A DNA stretch of 32,000 nt from Gemmata obscuriglobus (GTDB lineage Bacteria > Planctomycetota > Planctomycetia > Gemmatales > Gemmataceae). Under the pieces are notes generated by a model. The model ran no database searches. It was not told where the DNA came from and saw only the letters and a program-made list of their open reading frames with translations. A program made the position numbers and the translations under genes. The DNA is taken from positions 5,340,001 to 5,372,000 of the forward strand of contig NZ_CP042911.1 of the NCBI RefSeq assembly GCF_008065095.1, read 5' to 3'. Positions 1 to 8,245 of the stretch are shown piece by piece. The first letter of the stretch is position 1, and every line of letters begins with the position of its first letter.

Positions 1-1134
1 CCCCACAGCGCGGAACGCCTCCGGCACCTCGGGGTGCCCGGCCGGGAACGCCCGCGTCGCGCCTTTGCGGTGGACCCACACCTTCTTCTTCTTCCCCTCG
101 ACGGTGTGCTCCTCGAACTTGGCGATGTTGTGAGCCACGTCGTAAAGCTGCTCCATCCCGAGGTCGTCCCACGAGCGGCCGAACACCTGCGCGAACACCT
201 CGCGGGCCTGGTGCATCAGCAGTTGGCGGTTGCAGAACCCGTAGTTGGCGGCGGCGCGCATCTGCGCGATGTACTTGCGGCCCTCGGGGGAATCGGCCGG
301 GGCGCACGCGAGCTGCCGGTCCGGCAGCTCGAACCCGTACTTCTGCGGGCAGTTGCGGAATGTCGCGAGGGCGTCATCACAGACCTGGTAGCCCAGACCG
401 CGGCTCCCGGAGTGGATCATCACGCAGATCTGGTTCAACTCGAGCCCGAACGCTTTCGCGACCTCGGCATCGAACACGCTATCGACCACTTGCACTTCGA
501 GGAAGTGGTTGCCACTACCCAACGTGCCGCACTGCTCGGCGCCGCGCTTCACCGCGTGGTCGCTGACCTGGTGCGGGTCGCCGCCGTCGATCAGCCCGTT
601 CGCCTCGGTATGATCGAGGTCGCGCGCCACGCCCAGCCCACGTGCGATGACGAACTTCGGCCCCTCGCCCATCAGGCGCCGCGTCTCGGTGGTGTCGAAC
701 TTGTACTTCCCGGTGCGCCCCGCGCCGGACGGGATGGTGTAGAACAGCGCCTTCACCAGCTCCTTGATGTGGTGCTTCACGTCGTCCAGGAACAGGTTCG
801 TCTTTACTAATCTGACGCCGCAGTTAATGTCGTATCCGACCCCGCCGGGGGAGATCACGCCGCCCTCGTCGGGGTCGGTGGCGCAGACGCCGCCGATGCA
901 GAACCCGTACCCCCAGTGGATGTCCGGCATCGCGATGCTCGCGACCTGGATGCCGGGCAGGGTGGCGACGTTCGCGACCTGGTCCGCCGCCTGGTCCTTG
1001 CGGATGGATTCGAGCAGCTTGTCGGTCGCGTAGATGTGCCCGGGCACGCGCATCCCGGGCTTGTAGCTCTTCGGGATGCGGTGACAGCAGCACCCGATGT
1101 TCTCGAGCGGCCCGGTGTAACCTTCCTTCGCCAT
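1..1134 (-). CDS. rtcB: RNA repair/splicing ligase RtcB, N-terminal 378 codons (C-terminus lies beyond the window start)
   Basis: Absent from the ORF track because it runs off the edge. Hand translation of the minus strand from ATG at 1134 gives an uninterrupted frame to base 1: MAKEGYTGPLENIG...GVGYDINCGVRL...GTLGSGNHFLEVQ...VMIHSGSRGLGYQ...AANYGFCNRQ...HNIAKFEEH. These are typical RtcB active-site motifs. An archease gene lies immediately upstream on the same strand. Confidence 0.9.
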   Translation of the reverse strand, partial: MAKEGYTGPLENIGCCCHRIPKSYKPGMRVPGHIYATDKLLESIRKDQAADQVANVATLPGIQVASIAMPDIHWGYGFCIGGVCATDPDEGGVISPGGVGYDINCGVRLVKTNLFLDDVKHHIKELVKALFYTIPSGAGRTGKYKFDTTETRRLMGEGPKFVIARGLGVARDLDHTEANGLIDGGDPHQVSDHAVKRGAEQCGTLGSGNHFLEVQVVDSVFDAEVAKAFGLELNQICVMIHSGSRGLGYQVCDDALATFRNCPQKYGFELPDRQLACAPADSPEGRKYIAQMRAAANYGFCNRQLLMHQAREVFAQVFGRSWDDLGMEQLYDVAHNIAKFEEHTVEGKKKKVWVHRKGATRAFPAGHPEVPEAFRAVG

Positions 1135-1181
1135 AAACAGTTCTCAGTAAACGGTGATCGGCGTCCCGCGGGGCGTTCGCC

Positions 1182-1592
1182 TCAAATATCGACGATGACT
1201 TCCGCGAGCCACCCGCCGTCGTGTTCGGCGACCTTCAGTTCGTGGTACGTGATGGCTTTCACTTCGTGCGCCAGCGTGTGGCGCTCCGGGTTGTACGGTT
1301 CGCCCGTTGCGGTCGCGGTGAGGCCGTCCGCGGTGACGATCACGTCGAAGGCCGCGAACAGCATGTGATCTGTCTCGAACCGCAGGAGCAACTCTTTGAG
1401 CCAGTCGAACAGCAGGAACTCGCGGTCCGATCCCGTGAGTTCGAGTTGCACGTTTTGCGCCGGTCGAACGCCGTCGGGCTCTTCCACCATTGCGGAGAGC
1501 AGGCACTTCGCCATCTCCGCGAAGAGAAGCGGTAGGGTGGGGGCGGTGGCCCTCAACCCGAGATCGGCGGTGTGTTCGAACAGCTCGTGCAT
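1182..1592 (-). CDS. archease (RtcB cofactor)
   Basis: Track ORF 1182..1667. The internal ATG at 1592 gives MHELFEHTADLGLRA...AITYHELKV...VIVDI, with the HTAD N-terminal motif and size typical of archease. The shorter start avoids overlap with the upstream stop at 1633. It is paired with rtcB 47 nt downstream. Confidence 0.85.
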   Translation of the reverse strand: MHELFEHTADLGLRATAPTLPLLFAEMAKCLLSAMVEEPDGVRPAQNVQLELTGSDREFLLFDWLKELLLRFETDHMLFAAFDVIVTADGLTATATGEPYNPERHTLAHEVKAITYHELKVAEHDGGWLAEVIVDI

Positions 1593-1632
1593 CGGTGGTT
1601 TCACAGACACGGAGGGCAGGGCCGGGGTTCGC

Positions 1633-2640
1633 TCAGACGGGTTCTCTGTTGAGGTCGAGAACCACATCCGGTCCGTTCGGTGTCGGACGCATTGTTACAC
1701 GAACACGTAATGGACGGTTGTCGACGCGGATTGGGAACTCGCCGATCATTGGGATTTGGGCGATCGTGTCCCCGAATACCCAATCGGTTGAGATGTGGGC
1801 TGCTTGGGCGAGGCGAGTAAACGCCGAACCGCGGTACCGCGACGGGATCACACCGCCTTCGACCCATCCGCCATCCAACCGGAACCAGATGACGCCCTGT
1901 TGACCCTCGCGCGTGAGGTGGATTCGGTCGGCGCATAAGTATGCCGCTTCTCGAAGGATGCGGTTTACGCACCACGTCGCACAGGTTGCCGAGTCCTCGC
2001 TTGCCGCGAGCGCCGGTGGATCGTTCGGGAGCAGCGGCCGGTAATCGAACTCCAGGAACGTGGCTCCATAGTCGTAGTCGAAGTTGCCGTACTTACTGTT
2101 GATGATCGTGTGCAGTTGCGCCGGGTTGGCCCCAACGAGGACGATGTGACGCTGCAAAATGAACGCGACTTTCTGGACCGTCTCGACGTGCATGTTGTTC
2201 GGATCGACCGCCGCAACGAATAGCGCGAGCCCCCGCTCGGCAAAGGGCAGCAAGTTGCATTCGCGGGCTACTGATTCGGGGACAAGTGCCAGAAGTGCCG
2301 GCGGAATGTCGAACCCGGTGAGCCAGACCGTCATGTTGGTGCTGGGAAGAAGCTGGAGAAACGCATCGAACTGGGCGACGAATCGCGCGGCCGGGATCGC
2401 GAGCCGAACGCGGATGTCGCGTGCACAGTCAGCGAGGCGAGAGGTGAGGGCGTTGTGCCGGGGCGCCCCGGGGGCGTAGCGGTCAGCTTCTTCGTACAGC
2501 CGAATGTAACGTGCCCAAGCGACGTTAGAAGGCGTACCGGTCTCGTCGAGCCAGTCGGCGAACGCGAGCCGTGTGGTGGCGTTCGCGGGGTACCGCAGGT
2601 GTTCTCGGACAAACGCGTCGGCGTCGGGGTGCTTTCGCAT
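1633..2640 (-). CDS. TIGR02996-type N-terminal domain fused to a GspE/PilB-like N-terminal half (T2SSE_N + N2 domain) with no ATPase core
   Basis: The N-terminus RLAFADWLDETG...ARYIRLYEE matches the Gemmata repeat-companion motif. The middle LVPESVARECNLLPFAERGLALFVAAVDPNN...VLVGANPAQLHTIINSKYG resembles T2SSE_N. The C-terminus VNRILREAAYLCADRIHLTRE...FRLDGGWVE...RVRVTMRPTPNGPDVVLDL resembles the segment just before the Walker A of GspE/PilB. The ORF stops there. Confidence 0.7.
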   Translation of the reverse strand: MRKHPDADAFVREHLRYPANATTRLAFADWLDETGTPSNVAWARYIRLYEEADRYAPGAPRHNALTSRLADCARDIRVRLAIPAARFVAQFDAFLQLLPSTNMTVWLTGFDIPPALLALVPESVARECNLLPFAERGLALFVAAVDPNNMHVETVQKVAFILQRHIVLVGANPAQLHTIINSKYGNFDYDYGATFLEFDYRPLLPNDPPALAASEDSATCATWCVNRILREAAYLCADRIHLTREGQQGVIWFRLDGGWVEGGVIPSRYRGSAFTRLAQAAHISTDWVFGDTIAQIPMIGEFPIRVDNRPLRVRVTMRPTPNGPDVVLDLNREPV

Positions 2641-2658
2641 CAGGTGCCCCGGTTGGAC

Positions 2659-3552
2659 TCAATACTCGTCGTCTTCCTCAAAGTCATCTTCATCACAACC
2701 GTAACCGAATCGCTCCGCAAGTGCGCGGCCGAACTCGCGTGGGCGAAAGTCGTTCCCGGCGAGATCGACTTCGAGCATCCGCGGCAGTGTCTCCGAGTCG
2801 AGCAGCACGCGAATGTCGTCGTCGGTAAGCCGGTTGTACCGGAGGCTCAGCCTTTTGAGCGTGGCGAACCGCGGCGCGGACGCGAGCAAACGAATCGTGC
2901 GCTGGCGCGCGAACTGAACGGCACGATCCAGAGCGAGCGATTCCAGAGCGAACGGCGCCGGGGAGTTCGAAATGGCTTTGACGAAGCTGGGGCTGATCGC
3001 GACGCCAGGGAACGAGATTTCGCGCAGACCGCTCAGGTACGGAGAGGCGATTAAGTGCTGGAAGCCGCCCGCACCGATGGCGTGATTGCGCGCTTCGAGT
3101 TTCGCCACCGCACGCAGCAGCGGGCTTGCGACCAACTCGGACAGGTATTTGCACCACGCGACCAAATCATCCGCATCGCTGGCGGGTAGGAACATTCTGA
3201 ACGTCACCGGCTCGGCCGCGAGGGCGCGCCCCGCAACGGCGAGAAATTTGGTCGAAACGACCTCCACATCGGTGAGGAACCCGCGGACGTATTCCCCTTC
3301 GGTTTCGCTGATCCCGATCGCTTTGCGCCAGCCGCCGCCCATCGCGGCTCCGTGAACACCCGCGATTCGTGCGTCAGGGTCGTTCCGCTCGCGCACCGCG
3401 TCGGACGCCTTTGCCGGCTCGATCTGCGCGCGAATAAACTCGGCCCGCTCCGGTTCGCCGTGCTCTTCGAGCCAGTCGGCGAACACTAGCCGGGCCGTGT
3501 CGTCGTTGGGGTTGTTGAGAATGGCGTCGATGAACGCGGTGCGGTCGGACAC
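2659..3552 (-). CDS. TIGR02996-domain protein with RNI-like leucine-rich repeats and an acidic C-terminal tail
   Basis: This is the lower part of track ORF 2659..4620. Upstream of 3552 that ORF is only an out-of-frame overlap of fabH. A GTG at 3552 is in frame and preceded by GGAAGGGG. It gives MSDRTAFIDAILNNPNDDTARLVFADWLEEHGEPERAEFIR (TIGR02996 motif), then LKRLSLRYNRLTDDDIRVLL...LEVDLAGNDF (LRR). Confidence 0.7.
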   Translation of the reverse strand: MSDRTAFIDAILNNPNDDTARLVFADWLEEHGEPERAEFIRAQIEPAKASDAVRERNDPDARIAGVHGAAMGGGWRKAIGISETEGEYVRGFLTDVEVVSTKFLAVAGRALAAEPVTFRMFLPASDADDLVAWCKYLSELVASPLLRAVAKLEARNHAIGAGGFQHLIASPYLSGLREISFPGVAISPSFVKAISNSPAPFALESLALDRAVQFARQRTIRLLASAPRFATLKRLSLRYNRLTDDDIRVLLDSETLPRMLEVDLAGNDFRPREFGRALAERFGYGCDEDDFEEDDEY

Positions 3553-3569
3553 GGGCGATGTCCCCTTCC

Positions 3570-4586
3570 CTACCACCGGATGACCGCGGTGCCCCACGCC
3601 AGCCCCGCACCGAACCCGCTCAGCACCACGAGGTCGCCGTCCTTGAGCCGGCCATCGGCGGCGGCCTCGTCGAGCGCGATGGGGATGCTCCCCGCGGACG
3701 TGTTCCCGTACCGCTCGAGGTTGTTGTACACCTTGTTCCGCGGGATGTTGAGCGAGTCGATGGCCGCGTTGATGATCCGGATGTTCGCCTGGTGAACCAC
3801 GAACAGGCCGACGTCCTCGACCGTCAGGTTCGCAGCGGTGAGCACCTCGCGGATCGTGTCGCACAGGATGTTGACGGCCCACTTGAACACCGCGTAGCCG
3901 TCCATGTACATGAAGTGCTTCCCCTCGGCGAGAAGCTCCGGCGTCACCGGGGTGCGGCTCCCGCACGCGACCCGCTGCAGCAGCGGACCGCCGGAGCCCT
4001 CCGAGCCCATGCTGTACGCGATCACCCCCTGATCCGGGCGCCCGGGCTCGACGAACACCGCGCCGGCGCCGTCGCCGAACAGCGGGTACGTCTTGATGTC
4101 GGTCGGGTTCAGCACCCGGCTGTTCGTGTCCCCGCCGATCACCAGCGCACGGTCCGAACAGCCCGACTTCACGTAGGCGCTCGCGGTGAGCAGCGCGTAC
4201 ATGAACCCCGCGCACGCGGCCTCCACCTCGATCGCCGGACCGATCAGACCGATCCGGTCCTGAACGAGACACGCGGTGGAGGGGAACGACATGTCCGGGG
4301 TGAACGTGCCGAGTACCAACAGGTCGCAGTCCCGGGCGGTGCGGCCGGTCTTGGCGAACAGGTCGTTGGCGGCCTCGACGCACAGGTCGGAAGTCGCCTG
4401 GGCCGGCGCCGCGTGCCGGCGCTCCATGATGCCGGTGCGCTTCACGATCCAGTCGGAGTCGAACCCGAGTTTCGCGTGCAGGTGATCGTTGCTGACCACC
4501 ATGTCGGGCACGTACTTCCCGGTGCCGACCACCCGGACGCCCATCAGGGACCGGCACTTCGGGCGGGTTGTGGCTCTCTCGCTCAT
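3570..4586 (-). CDS. fabH: 3-oxoacyl-ACP synthase III (FabH)
   Basis: Catalytic triad contexts are present: EAACAGFMYAL (Cys), VVHQANIRII (His), GNTSAGSIP (Asn). Size is 338 aa. An alternative start at 4544 (MGVRVVGTGKY) is possible. Confidence 0.9.
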   Translation of the reverse strand: MSERATTRPKCRSLMGVRVVGTGKYVPDMVVSNDHLHAKLGFDSDWIVKRTGIMERRHAAPAQATSDLCVEAANDLFAKTGRTARDCDLLVLGTFTPDMSFPSTACLVQDRIGLIGPAIEVEAACAGFMYALLTASAYVKSGCSDRALVIGGDTNSRVLNPTDIKTYPLFGDGAGAVFVEPGRPDQGVIAYSMGSEGSGGPLLQRVACGSRTPVTPELLAEGKHFMYMDGYAVFKWAVNILCDTIREVLTAANLTVEDVGLFVVHQANIRIINAAIDSLNIPRNKVYNNLERYGNTSAGSIPIALDEAAADGRLKDGDLVVLSGFGAGLAWGTAVIRW

Positions 4587-4683
4587 TGCTTCGCAGTCCG
4601 CGCTGGTCCGGCCGGGCCACGTGCCCGGGACGGGAACGGAAATTGTATTAGGCGCCGGGTGGGCGTTCAGTTGTCGCCGGCGG

Positions 4684-6093
4684 TCAACTGTTCTGGGCGC
4701 CGGACGCGAGGAACTTGAGCAGCCCGGTGAGGGCGCTCCCGGTCGCGTCGATGCGCAGGTTGCCGTCCGTGGGCGACAGGTGGAACGCCCCGATCAGCAT
4801 TTTGACGCGGAACGTGTCCTCGAAGTGCCGGGTGTTGGTTTCGACGAACTGGAGCCCGCACAGGAACTGCACCCCGAACCCGACCGCCGGGCGGTACTTC
4901 GCCTCGCGCGTCAGGTCGCCGGTGACCCGCGTGAGGTGGTACGCGCACGCGAGGCTCTGGACGCACCGGCCGGCGTCCACGGTCGCGGCGGGGGCGTCGC
5001 TGGCGCGCCCCTCCACCACGGCGCGGAACCCGCCGGCGTACTGCGGCGTGCGCGGGTCATTCGGGCTGATTTGTAGCTCGCACAGCCAGTCGTTCATCTC
5101 GAACGCCGCGGCCGCGGCCTCGGCCAGTTTCGTCTGGAGGTACAGCTCGACCGCCGCGGGCGAGACGGTGACCGCAAGGGCCGGGTGCGGCCTCGCGCGG
5201 AACACGGCCCGGTAGTGCGCGACCCCGTTCTTGACCGCGTCCTTCTTCCACTCCGCCGGGCGGGTGCGGCCGCTGGCCGCCAGCGCCTGAAGGGCCAGCC
5301 CGGGGTACTCGTTCACCCCCGCGGGGTCCACCTTGAGCGGGTCGTCGGTCGGGCCGTCGGTGTAGTGGACCGAACCGTCGGGCTTCAGCCGGGTGGCGAG
5401 GAACGTGCAGAGCTGTTCCGCCGCGACGAGGAGCGGCTCGCTCGGGTTCGGTAGCTCGTACACCGTCAGCGCGACCAGCGCCGCGAACCCCACGCGGTTG
5501 CACACGAGCGACATCTGCACCGGCACGCGGCAGGTGGGGTCGTTCGGGTCCGGTTTGGTGAACGCCAGCAGCCGCAGCGCCGCCTGGTTCGCGACCGCGG
5601 CGTGCTGCTTGTCGCCGTTGAACTTCGCCGCCTGGGCCAGTGCGAGCGCCGCCTGCGCCTGGCGCAGGTCGTGGTCGCCGGGCATCGGCTGGCGCAGGGC
5701 CGGGAGGTAGCCGTGCAGGAACTGGCCGTTGGCCTCGTTCATCTTGGCGAGCCAGGCCGCGCCCAGCAGCACCCCGCGGACGGCGTCCTGAGTGTTTTGC
5801 GGGTAGGCGTTGAGCGGCAGGAGCTTCGAGAGTGCCGTTTCGGCCGCGGCCTGCTGAACGGGCTGGGCGCCCGGCGCCCCGGCGATCGGGAGCGGCTTGG
5901 GCGGGGCCGGCGGGGTTGTTTCGCCCGGCGCGCCGGGGGGCACAACCGGCGGCGCGGCAGCCGGGGTCGGCTGCGTTGCGGGAGCCCCCGGCGGGGCGAG
6001 CGGCGTCAACGGGAACGGCGCCGGGGGCTGAGCCGCGACCACCACGACGACGAGTAGAACGACCACCCCGGACGCCAACAGTACCCGCCTCAT
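4684..6093 (-). CDS. hypothetical exported/membrane-anchored protein: N-terminal hydrophobic helix, Pro-rich linker, large helical repeat domain
   Basis: Track ORF 4684..6162. The ATG at 6093 is preceded by GGAGGGG and gives MRRVLLASGVVVLLVVVVVAAQPP, then a PAPFPLTPLAPPGAP... linker. The body has ordinary composition and no motif I can name. An alpha/alpha-toroid fold is only a guess. Confidence 0.6.
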   Translation of the reverse strand: MRRVLLASGVVVLLVVVVVAAQPPAPFPLTPLAPPGAPATQPTPAAAPPVVPPGAPGETTPPAPPKPLPIAGAPGAQPVQQAAAETALSKLLPLNAYPQNTQDAVRGVLLGAAWLAKMNEANGQFLHGYLPALRQPMPGDHDLRQAQAALALAQAAKFNGDKQHAAVANQAALRLLAFTKPDPNDPTCRVPVQMSLVCNRVGFAALVALTVYELPNPSEPLLVAAEQLCTFLATRLKPDGSVHYTDGPTDDPLKVDPAGVNEYPGLALQALAASGRTRPAEWKKDAVKNGVAHYRAVFRARPHPALAVTVSPAAVELYLQTKLAEAAAAAFEMNDWLCELQISPNDPRTPQYAGGFRAVVEGRASDAPAATVDAGRCVQSLACAYHLTRVTGDLTREAKYRPAVGFGVQFLCGLQFVETNTRHFEDTFRVKMLIGAFHLSPTDGNLRIDATGSALTGLLKFLASGAQNS

Positions 6094-6215
6094 TGTGTCG
6101 CCCCTCCGTGAGCTTCGAGCTAATCGGCGGGCACTGTAAACGATGCCGCTCAGGTCATGCAATGCGAACGTGCGCGGGCTTCGCGACGGGGCTTTGCGGT
6201 CGGTCGTGAGCGGGG

Positions 6216-6253
6216 AAATGAAAACGGTGCCGGGGCACTTGCCTCGGCACCGT
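6216..6253 (-). terminator. rho-independent terminator after the DUF1559-lipoprotein pair
   Basis: A 9-bp stem ACGGTGCCG / CGGCACCGT (6224-6232 / 6245-6253) has extra GGC/GCC pairs inside. On the minus-strand transcript it is followed by UUUUCAUUUC. It lies 17 nt after the stop at 6270. Confidence 0.7.
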
Positions 6254-6269
6254 GGTTCGAAAGAGCGGG

Positions 6270-6698
6270 CTACTTTTTGCCGCTCTTCAGGTTGAAATCG
6301 ACCTTCTCGTTCACCCCCGGCTTGAGGGTGACCTTGAGCGTACTGGTCGTGTTGTACTCGGCCGGGATCAACTCCTTCAGCACGTCCACCTTTGGGCTGT
6401 CCGGGGTGTCGTACATGGCGCGTTTGCCGACCACTTTGGACGCGTTGATGGTGACGGTCATCTCCCCGGTGGACGTTTCGAGCTGGTACTTACCGTTCTC
6501 GATTCCGCCGCCGGCCGTCTGCCCGGCGCCACCGGCCGGGTAGAACTGGATGATCCCGTTCTCGATCGGCTCTCCGTTAAACGTCACCGTGCCGGACACC
6601 TGTGCCTTCGGCGGGCCGCCGCACCCGGCCATGAAGGCGAGGGCGACCGCGGCCCCCAAAGCTGCGCCGCCGCGCACCGCTCGTCGGAAGTTATTCAC
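6270..6698 (-). CDS. small lipoprotein, carboxypeptidase-regulatory-like beta-sandwich (usual partner of DUF1559 genes)
   Basis: Signal peptide plus lipobox: [12 protein letters not shown]. The [19 protein letters not shown]...GKYQLE pattern is present. The GTG start overlaps the upstream stop (GTGAATAA), which suggests translational coupling. Confidence 0.7.
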   Translation of the reverse strand: MNNFRRAVRGGAALGAAVALAFMAGCGGPPKAQVSGTVTFNGEPIENGIIQFYPAGGAGQTAGGGIENGKYQLETSTGEMTVTINASKVVGKRAMYDTPDSPKVDVLKELIPAEYNTTSTLKVTLKPGVNEKVDFNLKSGKK

Positions 6699-7641
6699 TG
6701 ATCAGGTCTCCGTGGGTGGCGGTTCCCATCGCCTTCCAGGCGGTCGCGTTCACCGAGTTCGAATAGAAGGCGACCGACCCGTCGCACCGCGCGACGTTCA
6801 CGCCGCCGGTGTGCTTGCTGCGGGCCGACATCAGGTTGTCGCCCGCTTGCACGCACGGCATCGTCTGGTCCGGGTTCGCGGCCACGCTCGGCCAGCACAC
6901 GTTCGAGTTGCGATCGATGCCCGCGTTCGGGGTGTTGAGCGTCATGAACCAGTGGGAGTTTCCGTCGTTCATCACGTCGCCGCGGCCGTCGGCCGCGTTG
7001 TCCTGGGCCGGGATGCGGGTCTCGGACAGCATGAGCGTGTTGGAGGTCCCGTCGGAGATCGCGACGAGAGTGCGGCGGTACGGCACGTACCCGCCGAACC
7101 CGCCGCTCGAGTTCCAGCCGAACGGGCCGTCGGCCGGGTCCACGCCGGAGCCTTCGGCGAACAGGTAGTTGCCGCCGTAGTTGGCCACGTAGTTGCCACG
7201 CACCCGGTAATAGGCGTCGTAGGTCCACATCGCGTTGGGCCGGTCGCTCGGGCAGTAGTAGAGCTTTTGCGGTTGGGCCACGAGACCGGTGGTCGAGTTG
7301 GTGACGGCGTTCGGCACCTCGTAGAAGCCCAGACCGCGGTTGTACTGGGTGGCCAGCGCGGTTTGCTCGATGTACGGCCACAGCTCCACATAAAAGGTGC
7401 GGCGCGGAAGCCGCTGCCCCGCATACGGCAGCGTGCTGTTGGCGTCGTGGTAGTTGTGCATGGCCAGGCCCCACTGCTTGAGGTTGTTCTGGCAAGACAT
7501 GCGTGCGGCCGCTTCGCGCACCTTCTGGACGGCGGGGAGCAGGAGCCCGATCAGGATCGCGATAATCGCGATCACCACCAGCAACTCGATCAGCGTGAAC
7601 GCCGACGTTTTGGGTCGGCGTTCGGTCCGGGAGAGACGCAT
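6691..7641 (-). CDS. DUF1559 protein with prepilin-type N-terminal cleavage/methylation motif and H-X9-DG motif
   Basis: The ATG at 7641 gives [56 protein letters not shown]. The C-terminal [14 protein letters not shown] fits H-X9-DG. This is a classic Planctomycete paralog family. Confidence 0.9.
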   Translation of the reverse strand: MRLSRTERRPKTSAFTLIELLVVIAIIAILIGLLLPAVQKVREAAARMSCQNNLKQWGLAMHNYHDANSTLPYAGQRLPRRTFYVELWPYIEQTALATQYNRGLGFYEVPNAVTNSTTGLVAQPQKLYYCPSDRPNAMWTYDAYYRVRGNYVANYGGNYLFAEGSGVDPADGPFGWNSSGGFGGYVPYRRTLVAISDGTSNTLMLSETRIPAQDNAADGRGDVMNDGNSHWFMTLNTPNAGIDRNSNVCWPSVAANPDQTMPCVQAGDNLMSARSKHTGGVNVARCDGSVAFYSNSVNATAWKAMGTATHGDLISE

Positions 7642-8245
7642 AAGAGCCCCGTGAAAACGTGGAAAAGGGAATAAAACCTGAGCAAGCAACAACCACCGCG
7701 ACCCGACGGTCGACTCGTGGCGAAATGCTCGTTACAGGCGGGCGGGGATAGGAGAGTGAACGGCTGAGCGGAACCAGCGAGTTCAGCACTCTCCAGGGCG
7801 AGACAACAAAACGAGCCGAGGCGAGAAAGAGGCTCGTTTCACTGAGAAACGCGAAACTGGGCAGGAATCGACGCGTTCAGCGAGTTTCTGGGCGGTGAAA
7901 GACATTAACACCACACGAAAATATAGGCAATCAAAAAACTCACAAGCTCACCCCTCGTGGAACAAAAAACCGAACTGCGACTTCTCATAAATCGAGCAAA
8001 TCCAAGTCACAGCGAAATCGTGCATTTTTTGTGCCGGATGTCGAAAGGTCGGGAGGCCGAACCCTTCCCACTTCACACCGAATCCACCCCAACGCTTCTC
8101 TTTATCCCGACCGGTCGTTCGAGGACGGACTCGTCTTCCCCGGCCGTCCCAACTTTGCTAAACGGGCACCTCGATCCCCGGCCCGGAGCGGGGACGGAAG
8201 ACCGCACCCGGCCGCGCCGGTCGGGATCGAGGGGCGAGGGCTCAC

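Noticed and set aside
34-810. 258-aa plus-strand ORF at the window start
   Set aside because: It is antisense to the clearly recognisable rtcB frame. Its Arg/Leu/Val/Gly-rich composition with no motif is a typical high-GC shadow ORF.
3553-4620. Upper part of the 653-aa track ORF 2659..4620
   Set aside because: This part is an out-of-frame overlap of fabH (Arg/Gly/Pro-rich, no motifs). Only the portion from the GTG at 3552 downstream carries the TIGR02996/LRR sequence.
3558-4718. 386-aa plus-strand ORF opposite fabH. Similar long ORFs: 8705..9883 (-), 10990..11922 (-), 18791..19864 (-), 24579..25931 (+), 24700..25893 (-), 27346..28356 (+), 28331..29239 (-), 31121..31939 (-), 6550..7674 (+), 6695..7789 (-)
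   Set aside because: Each overlaps a motif-bearing gene in another frame or strand and has the Arg/Pro/Gly/Asp-biased composition expected from non-coding frames of GC-rich genes.
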